This document shows, piece by piece, positions 46,478 to 53,266 of a stretch of DNA of 53,266 bases. The translations under genes were made by a program, and so were the position numbers. Numbering within the stretch: the first letter of the stretch is position 1; every line of letters begins with the position of its first letter. The DNA is from a virus (lineage: Duplodnaviria; Caudoviricetes): positions 1 through 53,266 of the IMG/VR virus record IMGVR_UViG_3300049928_000019; one strand, written 5' to 3'. Under the pieces are notes generated by a model. The model saw nothing but the letters and a program-made list of their open reading frames with translations. It was not told the origin of the DNA and made no database searches.

Positions 46478-47128
46478 ATGTACAGCCAAAATGAAGAGGA
46501 AAAGTATATTGTTGAATTTCTTGACAAGTTGGAAATTCAACCAGGACAAAAATACATCGGCGGATATCTTTCAATCGGAGAGAACGACGGTATAACACTA
46601 AGCAATACGAAGGCTCTTCATGACCTTGGATGGAAAGGCTTATGTATTGAACCAAGCAAAAACGCTTACGAAAAACTACTTCTGAATCAGCCGAATTCTA
46701 TCTGCCTGAACTATGCCGTTTCGGATTTTGATGGACCAATGGATTTTTACGAATCCGGAACGCACTTGAAGCAGGGTGATACGTCTTTGCTTTCTTCACT
46801 GAAGCGCGAAGAACTATCTCGATGGGATGGCACAGATAACGAGTTCACAAAAACAACCTGTACTTCAATCAGTGTCGAAACTTTGATGAATATTATACAA
46901 AAACTCCCAATCACTAGATACGAATTCATTTCAATCGACGCTGAAGGAGTCGATATTGAAATTTTAAAACAGCTGGATCTTACTAAAATGGGTTGCCGCC
47001 TGCTTTGTATTGAATGGAATTCAAACGAAGAAGTAAAAAAACAAATTTTAGAATACACATCCTCTTTCGGCATGACAAAAATCATTTATCAATCAGATGA
47101 AAACTTGCTTATATGCAGAGAACAGTAG
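46478..47128 (+). CDS. FkbM-family SAM methyltransferase
   Basis: MYSQ, IGENDGITLSNT, GWKGLCIEP, ISIDAEGVD, LCIEW. Confidence 0.9.
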   Translation: MYSQNEEEKYIVEFLDKLEIQPGQKYIGGYLSIGENDGITLSNTKALHDLGWKGLCIEPSKNAYEKLLLNQPNSICLNYAVSDFDGPMDFYESGTHLKQGDTSLLSSLKREELSRWDGTDNEFTKTTCTSISVETLMNIIQKLPITRYEFISIDAEGVDIEILKQLDLTKMGCRLLCIEWNSNEEVKKQILEYTSSFGMTKIIYQSDENLLICREQ

Positions 47129-47829
47129 TATCATTCGCGGACGGTGTCGGCAATTATGCAAAGGCACTAATGCGCCTGGAATTGTCTTTAAAACAAGTAG
47201 GGTTTACCGGCAAATTCAAAGGAATAAATGATTATGGGCACATACATAGCCCGCATCACAAAGGATCGCCTGACGCCGTTCCGTATGCCTTCAAGGCGCT
47301 ATCTATCAAAAAGGCAATGGAAGAACAGGATAACAAGGGACTTCTTTTATGGTGCGACTCCGTTGTGTATGCTACAAAAAATATAGATCCGGTTTTCGAT
47401 TACATCAAAAAACACGGATATCTGTTTTTTGATAATATAGGGTTTTCAATCGGCGACTATACCAGTGATGCCTGTCTGGATAACTTTGGAATGTCACGAG
47501 AAGAAGCGTTTAACTCAAAGATGTTAATGGCTTGCGTACTAGGGTTTGATCTGGAAAACGAACAGACTCAGGAATTCCTGCAAAGTTACATATCCGCTGC
47601 GCTTGACGGTGTTTCATATCCAGGTTCGTGGACCAATGAAAACCTTCAGGTATCAAACGATATGCGCGTAAAGGGCCACCGCCATGATCAGTCCGTAGCG
47701 TCTATTCTGGTTAATAAAATGAATTTACAAATTACAAGCGCACAACAAACATACTTCGCTTATGCTTCACATAAAGGAATGGTACCAATCAATTCGGAAA
47801 CGGTTTGCCTTTGGTCGGAAGGAATCTAA
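47113..47829 (+). CDS. Putative GT-A glycosyltransferase
   Basis: PYAFK, LLWCDS, HRHDQS motifs. Confidence 0.68.
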   Translation: MQRTVVSFADGVGNYAKALMRLELSLKQVGFTGKFKGINDYGHIHSPHHKGSPDAVPYAFKALSIKKAMEEQDNKGLLLWCDSVVYATKNIDPVFDYIKKHGYLFFDNIGFSIGDYTSDACLDNFGMSREEAFNSKMLMACVLGFDLENEQTQEFLQSYISAALDGVSYPGSWTNENLQVSNDMRVKGHRHDQSVASILVNKMNLQITSAQQTYFAYASHKGMVPINSETVCLWSEGI

Positions 47830-48082
47830 ACCGTCGGCAGGATCAGCCTATGAAGAAATTCACAGGTTTATAAAGTCTAATCCAAAAATATTTTTTGGAG
47901 ATACACAAAATAAAAACTCATCTTGGCACAACGTGGTTGTCGACAAAAAATCAGTCGGTACAATCTGGTTTAAAAATATTTTAGGTGGCTGGAATATTAA
48001 AGTATACATGGGAATTGATAAGCCGGTTACTATTTTAATAAAAGACGTTGATCATTTAAAACAAATACTTAAAAGCATCTAA
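47762..48082 (+). CDS. Hypothetical protein
   Basis: Fills the gap in the cassette; overlaps the upstream gene by 68 nt, so the start is uncertain. Confidence 0.5.
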   Translation: MLHIKEWYQSIRKRFAFGRKESKPSAGSAYEEIHRFIKSNPKIFFGDTQNKNSSWHNVVVDKKSVGTIWFKNILGGWNIKVYMGIDKPVTILIKDVDHLKQILKSI

Positions 48083-48084
48083 TC

Positions 48085-48708
48085 ATGGGAATTACATCAT
48101 TTTCAATCGAATTAATTGAACGCAACAAAGGAAATGCAAAAACAGTCATAGAATTGGGGGCGCAGAATTTGTACAATCAACCTATGCTGCCAGCGCCTTA
48201 CGCGAATGAATGGTATGAATCGCAAGGAATAGAATATGCCTGCATTGACGTTTCAAAAGAAAACAATTGTATTGAAATTGATCTTAGCAAACCATATACC
48301 GGCACTGATTTTTGCAGATTTGACCGCGAAGATGAGACAATTGAATCATTTGATCTGGTCACCGACTTCGGTACATCTGAACACGTCGGCAACGATGGCG
48401 TGCATGATCCTGAGGCATTCTATAACTGCTGGAAAATAAAGCACGACCTCCTAAAAGAGGGCGGCGTAATGATCAATGAAAATCCAAAAACAGGCAATTG
48501 GCCCGGACACGGATTTAACTACGTAACATCTGCGTTTTATCTAGAACTTGCTCAACTATGTGGATACGCTGTTCTTGAAATCGGAGAACACCCAGCGATG
48601 GGAAACATTACAGACGGGTGGAATGTATATTGTGTACTTCGCAAATCCTCAAATGCGGATTTCATTTCATTTGAAGATTTCAAAACACTTCCTTTCTATA
48701 ACTCATAA
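48085..48708 (+). CDS. Class I SAM-dependent methyltransferase
   Basis: VIELGAQ, YACIDV, FDLVTDFGTSEHV, LLKEGG. Confidence 0.82.
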   Translation: MGITSFSIELIERNKGNAKTVIELGAQNLYNQPMLPAPYANEWYESQGIEYACIDVSKENNCIEIDLSKPYTGTDFCRFDREDETIESFDLVTDFGTSEHVGNDGVHDPEAFYNCWKIKHDLLKEGGVMINENPKTGNWPGHGFNYVTSAFYLELAQLCGYAVLEIGEHPAMGNITDGWNVYCVLRKSSNADFISFEDFKTLPFYNS

Positions 48709-48718
48709 CCCACAAGCC

Positions 48719-49009
48719 ATGTCAGAACAACAAACAGGCGGCATATCCGCAAACATACCCGGAAGGGTTAAGAAAAGGCGCAATAGCGATGAACTTCCTA
48801 AATTCATTCAGTATACACTGGATGAAATATCGCAGGATATACCTGAAATACGCGAATTCATGCACAATCCAGCGCAGTTGAAAAGAAAAAATATAGTCGA
48901 CGTACTGAATCTTATCTATACAGATTTTGAAAATAGAAGATATGAGATTCATCAGTACATCAACACTGCTGGCGCTGATGATGTGTTCATTTTTAAACTG
49001 AGATCATGA
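48719..49009 (+). CDS. Hypothetical protein
   Basis: ATG at 48719 after the MTase stop; ATGA overlap with the next gene. Confidence 0.6.
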   Translation: MSEQQTGGISANIPGRVKKRRNSDELPKFIQYTLDEISQDIPEIREFMHNPAQLKRKNIVDVLNLIYTDFENRRYEIHQYINTAGADDVFIFKLRS

Positions 49010-49758
49010 GATTAGCAGCTATATACAACGTCTGGGACAGTGAAGAGTTGCTTACGTACTCAATAGGATCCATTAAAGATCATGTCGATATTTTCATTTT
49101 TGTTTTTCAGACAAAGTCAAATTATGGCGAAGAGTACGATCCTACTGATGGAATAATGCTCGCTTTAAAAAACAACAATATACCATACGCTGATTATGTG
49201 CTTCAAAAATACGACCCAATAATTAATTTAGGCGGTACCGCAAACGAAACAGAAAAAAGAAATATAGGCATTGCCATTGCCCATGAATACGGGTGTACGC
49301 ACTTCCTGCACATGGATTGCGATGAGATGTATCAGGATTTCGGAAATGCAAAACAGGAGTACATCGACTCCGGCACTGACGGATCCGTTTGCGAAATGTA
49401 CACCTATTTCAAAAAACCGACACTCATATTTGAAAACGTAGACAATTATTTTGTCCCTTTCATTCACAAGTTACACCCTCACACAATATCCGGCATACAA
49501 AACGAATACCCTTTCTATGCCGACCCTACCAGGCGCATTAACTGCTCCAGCATATCGCTGATACAGGAAAAAATGCACCACTTCAGTTACGTGCGCAAAG
49601 ACATAGAGCGTAAAATGCGCAACAGTTCAGCAAAGATTAACATTGAAAAATCAAGGTATCTGGAATACTATAATTCAGATTTAAAGGCCGGAGATTTTAT
49701 TGAAGGCTTTGATCAGAAATTAATCGAAGTTGAAAATTTATTTAATATACAGGTATGA
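49006..49758 (+). CDS. GT-A fold glycosyltransferase-like protein
   Basis: ETEKRNIG...HFLHMDCDE (DxD), MHHFSYVR. Confidence 0.75.
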   Translation: MRLAAIYNVWDSEELLTYSIGSIKDHVDIFIFVFQTKSNYGEEYDPTDGIMLALKNNNIPYADYVLQKYDPIINLGGTANETEKRNIGIAIAHEYGCTHFLHMDCDEMYQDFGNAKQEYIDSGTDGSVCEMYTYFKKPTLIFENVDNYFVPFIHKLHPHTISGIQNEYPFYADPTRRINCSSISLIQEKMHHFSYVRKDIERKMRNSSAKINIEKSRYLEYYNSDLKAGDFIEGFDQKLIEVENLFNIQV

Positions 49759-50432
49759 CCACAGCCGCCGCAGCCTTACGCATTGGAATTATCATTCCGG
49801 ACCGCAACGACCGCCCTATTCTGCTGCATAACTGCATGCGCATGCTTGCCGCTCAGACTTTACAGCCTGAAATAATCAATGTGGTCAACTATCTGCCGAA
49901 ATCAGAAAAATGCGACATTACAGAGCGGTATCGGACCGGATACGATCAATTACGCGGTAAAAACCTTGATTTGATCGCTTTTATTGAGAATGACGACTAT
50001 TATTGCGCGAATTACCTGGAATTCATGGCAAAACAGTGGATTTTAAGCGAAAAACCAGATATTTTGGGCCTAAATCACACAATTTACTATCATATCAGGA
50101 CATTTGAACACTTCACAATGTTCCATAATACTCGCTCCAGCGCCATGAATACTGTAATAAAGCCGGATCTGGACCTGAAATGGGGGCACGATAATGACCC
50201 ATATACAGATGTGTGGCTATGGAACCTTTTAAAAGGAATCATTATAACCCCGGAAAAAGAGGCGTGTTTAGGTATAAAACACGGAATTGGCCTGTGTGGA
50301 GGACAGAATCACACCGACCACATGGATAGATTCATTAACAAGGACCACGATAAAGCATTCCTGCGTTCAGTTATGGATCTGGAAAGCTTTGAATTTTATT
50401 CTAATTACTTTCCACAGGCGGCCACGCATTGA
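49755..50432 (+). CDS. GT2-like glycosyltransferase
   Basis: IGIIIPDRNDR, AQTLQP, FIENDDYY, YTDVWLW. Confidence 0.75.
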   Translation: MTTAAAALRIGIIIPDRNDRPILLHNCMRMLAAQTLQPEIINVVNYLPKSEKCDITERYRTGYDQLRGKNLDLIAFIENDDYYCANYLEFMAKQWILSEKPDILGLNHTIYYHIRTFEHFTMFHNTRSSAMNTVIKPDLDLKWGHDNDPYTDVWLWNLLKGIIITPEKEACLGIKHGIGLCGGQNHTDHMDRFINKDHDKAFLRSVMDLESFEFYSNYFPQAATH

Positions 50433-50434
50433 CC

Positions 50435-52447
50435 TCACCGCCCCAGCGCCTTAGCTACGTAATCGCTCCATACAAAATCCTTCAGCTTAAATTCTTTCGC
50501 CAGTTCCGACACCAGAATATCACGGATAGCCATATTATACAGGCGGCAATCGAATAAGTGATTTTGCGCGGTTGTCTTTACCTTCGTCCATCGGAACATT
50601 GGTGTCTCCCCGTCCTTGGAAATGAGCTGCCTGGTTTCTGACTCGTAATGCTCAAAATAATTAGCATATAGGTATTTTCCACCTGAAGGTGTCGGGAAGT
50701 TCATAAACCCTGCTGGTTGAGAAATATCGTTTCCGGAGTCCCATTTGAGATTCACCAGTTCCGCCAAGCGGTCTTTGATAAGGCCACCCTGTAGTATATA
50801 CAGTTTTTCCGGGCGCTCATGGCTTTTTTTGAATGTAGCAACGTCAACGCCGAAGCGGATATACTTATCTTCCTTATCCCCCTTCACGCCGCGGATGAAC
50901 CAGTTGGAACGGTCTACATATTCCCATACCTGTTTGTCACAGAAGCCGGTATCTATAGCAATAGGAAGCAGCCGGCGCTTACCATCCTTCATATTGGAAT
51001 ACTTACTGATCACCCGGTCGAATTCAGGCCACACACTATTAGACCGGTTCATCTCATAGGTCCAGCGATCCCGGTCTGTCTTATTTTTTTTCAGTCCCTC
51101 ACGGGGAATAAACGTACCTATTGATCCATGGTCTACGCTGTAGGTGGCCCCTGATTCCGAATGCGCCACAACTTCATAGTCCAGCCTGGCATCTTCCAGC
51201 GCACCGTTTAAATCCGCCGCGCACGTAACCAGAACAATCCGGCCATTCCCATCCTTGATACTCATTTCTTCCGGAATCTCTCCCACTTCATAATTCCGGA
51301 TATTACGTTGCAGCTGGTTTGCCTTTATCGTTTCCCCCTCATCTTCGTAAGGAAGTCCCATGTTCAAATTGACAAACGCCTGGTTCTTTTCCTTCAGGAC
51401 CGGCTGACCAACCGGATGGCATTCAATGTACTTCCGTACATAATGCAGCCACGGATCCATAAACGAAGGCGAATACAGGGAATTCATGTAATAACTCCTG
51501 AAATCGGAATAAATAGGCCTGGCCGTCGGTTTCCAGAATCCCCGCTTCACATACGCATTCTTATTGCTGTCATCAAAGCATTCCCCACAGGCGGGGCATA
51601 CGTAATGTACACTTGACTCATTCAGTGTATTGTCTTCGTTCAACGACCAGTGTACGCCGGCCGTATCCGCATTCGTACGCTTCACTCCATCATATAAATC
51701 CTGTGACCACACAAGCTCTATAGCCTCCCCGCATTCCGGGCACGGCACCATGAACTTGCGCTGGTCGCCCATCATGTACACCTTATATATATTAGATGTC
51801 TGCGCTATCTGTGGCGACGAAATGTATATAATCTTCTTTGTCTTGCTGTGCGTGGTAAAACGTTTTTCAATAGTATCGCGCACATCCCCGATATGTTTTG
51901 AGTTGCCCTTAATGGCGTCCATGTCGTCAATAATACCCACTTTATAGTTGGCCTGCCGCCAGATATTCACATTCGACGTATGGGCCAATTTCAGGTACCC
52001 GCCCGGAAACTGTTTGATCGTATCGGTATCCCCCGTTTGGGTAAGCTTCATTCTTTTGGCAGACGGCTTAATCAGGTGCCGCAGCCCGGCCGTATCAATC
52101 ATACTATCAATATCCGCCATTGCTTCCTTCAGCAATCCCTCAGCTCCGACCGTCATCAATATATTGCACGGGTCATTTTCTATTAAATATCCGATAACCG
52201 GCAGCACAATGGAACTGGTCTTCCCGAACTGAGCCGACCCCATCAGGGCAATTTCACGCGTGGGGTTATCCTTTGCAAACAGGTCTATAATTTCCCTGGT
52301 GTACGGCGTGGTATCCTCGTACCGCAGCGGACCAGGTCTGGACCCGGTCATTATAATACGATCCTCCGCCCATGCCGACGGGCTGATATCTGAAATTAAA
52401 TGCGTGGCAGCGTCAATCAGCTGCTCTATAGAATACTGGCTGATCAT
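50435..52447 (-). CDS. terL: Terminase large subunit (lambda GpA family)
   Basis: TPYTREI, GSAQFGKT Walker A, IIDDMD Walker B, ISSP, GDQRKFMVPCPECG, AIDTG, NHLFDCRLY. Confidence 0.93.
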   Translation of the reverse strand: MISQYSIEQLIDAATHLISDISPSAWAEDRIIMTGSRPGPLRYEDTTPYTREIIDLFAKDNPTREIALMGSAQFGKTSSIVLPVIGYLIENDPCNILMTVGAEGLLKEAMADIDSMIDTAGLRHLIKPSAKRMKLTQTGDTDTIKQFPGGYLKLAHTSNVNIWRQANYKVGIIDDMDAIKGNSKHIGDVRDTIEKRFTTHSKTKKIIYISSPQIAQTSNIYKVYMMGDQRKFMVPCPECGEAIELVWSQDLYDGVKRTNADTAGVHWSLNEDNTLNESSVHYVCPACGECFDDSNKNAYVKRGFWKPTARPIYSDFRSYYMNSLYSPSFMDPWLHYVRKYIECHPVGQPVLKEKNQAFVNLNMGLPYEDEGETIKANQLQRNIRNYEVGEIPEEMSIKDGNGRIVLVTCAADLNGALEDARLDYEVVAHSESGATYSVDHGSIGTFIPREGLKKNKTDRDRWTYEMNRSNSVWPEFDRVISKYSNMKDGKRRLLPIAIDTGFCDKQVWEYVDRSNWFIRGVKGDKEDKYIRFGVDVATFKKSHERPEKLYILQGGLIKDRLAELVNLKWDSGNDISQPAGFMNFPTPSGGKYLYANYFEHYESETRQLISKDGETPMFRWTKVKTTAQNHLFDCRLYNMAIRDILVSELAKEFKLKDFVWSDYVAKALGR

Positions 52448-52459
52448 ATACCCAACTTG

Positions 52460-53134
52460 TTAATCATGCTCCCCGACTCCTCTTGAATTTGAAAATTCCT
52501 GTATAATATTGGATATATTCTTCTTGCTCTCCCTGTTGGCCCTAGTGGCAATTTCATTGATTCCCTTTATAATAGTCCCCCTGAATTCCGCATATTCAGC
52601 AGAAGAAAGTCCCTTTCTCGCGCTGATTGAATTCAGGAAATTATCCATGAACTGCTGCGTGCCATCCGTATAAGCCTTTCCGAAAAAAGAAATAACTGAA
52701 AGTACTGCAGAGGTTGGAATAGCCTCCCCGTCCATTTTCATGTTCCGCTTCCGCAGCAGGGCAATCTCCTCCAGAACCTTTTCATTCTTCAGCTCCTGCT
52801 GCCGGATCAATTCAGTGCCGTAATCAGACTCTCCGGATCGCTTCCGGTTCTTCTGGCGCTTTTTTGCTTCCGTATCACTATTAAAATCGTCCTCATCATT
52901 CTCAAAATCGGATGGACGGGGTTTTGGTTTGGGAACTGACGCGGCGGCGCGCGCTGGCTCTGGAGCGCCGGACTGCTTTGCCCGTCGCTTTTGAATGAAA
53001 ATATTATTGATTGGATGGCGATCATCCAGCACGCCATCCTCAATCACCAAATTCCCGCGCTTAACATAAACACTTACCTGTCCACGCGTTATGTTGCAAA
53101 GCTCTGCGAACTCAACCTGTTTATACTTAGCCAT
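52460..53134 (-). CDS. terS: Terminase small subunit (Nu1-like)
   Basis: N-terminal HTH (KQVEFAELCNITRGQVSVYVKRG) plus coiled coil; immediately upstream of terL and next to the genome end. Confidence 0.78.
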   Translation of the reverse strand: MAKYKQVEFAELCNITRGQVSVYVKRGNLVIEDGVLDDRHPINNIFIQKRRAKQSGAPEPARAAASVPKPKPRPSDFENDEDDFNSDTEAKKRQKNRKRSGESDYGTELIRQQELKNEKVLEEIALLRKRNMKMDGEAIPTSAVLSVISFFGKAYTDGTQQFMDNFLNSISARKGLSSAEYAEFRGTIIKGINEIATRANRESKKNISNIIQEFSNSRGVGEHD

Positions 53135-53146
53135 TTATACATTATT

Positions 53147-53218
53147 GTCAACACTTAATAGCACAATATACATATTTGTTGACATAAATACACCTAAAAG
53201 ACAACAACAAAGTCAACA
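53147..53218. promoter_or_regulatory. cosB-like array of GTCAACA sites
   Basis: Direct copies at 53147-53153 and 53212-53218, inverted copy at 53177-53183, between the terminal repeat and terS. Confidence 0.55.
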
Positions 53219-53253
53219 AATATGAAATTTACCGGATGATACCCTTTGTCGAA

Positions 53254-53266
53254 GCGTAGCATACGT
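53254..53266. repeat. Right copy of 13-bp terminal repeat (putative cos)
   Basis: Identical to positions 1-13. Confidence 0.8.

Noticed and set aside
44543-50432. T4-like DNA glucosylation or GtrABC serotype conversion as the default explanation
   Set aside because: No hydroxymethylase or TET/JBP gene and no membrane flippase/transferase were recognised. Not excluded experimentally, but less supported.

Overview
The window is most likely a complete ~53.25 kb cos-type dsDNA phage genome infecting Bacteroidota. The host is inferred from TAnnTTTG promoters, a BT4734/VirE primase and Bacteroidota-style lipoprotein signals. The first and last 13 bases are identical (GCGTAGCATACGT), centred on a dyad and next to the small terminase gene. 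Almost all genes are on the minus strand. The head is lambda-like (Nu1/GpA terminase, gpW, portal, ClpP protease/scaffold, gpD, gpE). The tail is contractile with a Mu-like baseplate, and its genes precede the head genes. A lysis region carries several exported proteins, and an early/replication region is controlled by three copies of a promoter-operator. No integrase, tRNA, CRISPR array or reverse transcriptase is recognisable. The main candidate for a new system is a ~5.9 kb plus-strand cassette between terL and the tail sheath, encoding six glycosyltransferase-like proteins and two SAM methyltransferases. Its divergent promoter region shares a gap-free ~61 bp element with the capsid-operon promoter, next to a small ribbon-helix-helix gene, suggesting a virion-glycosylation system co-regulated with morphogenesis. 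Other notable items: a fibre-like protein with a signal peptide, a lipoprotein O-acetylesterase, a hammerhead-ribozyme-like element, a candidate antisense sRNA, a -1 frameshift tail chaperone and an amber-interrupted poly-G methyltransferase. All family calls are from motif recognition by eye, not database searches.
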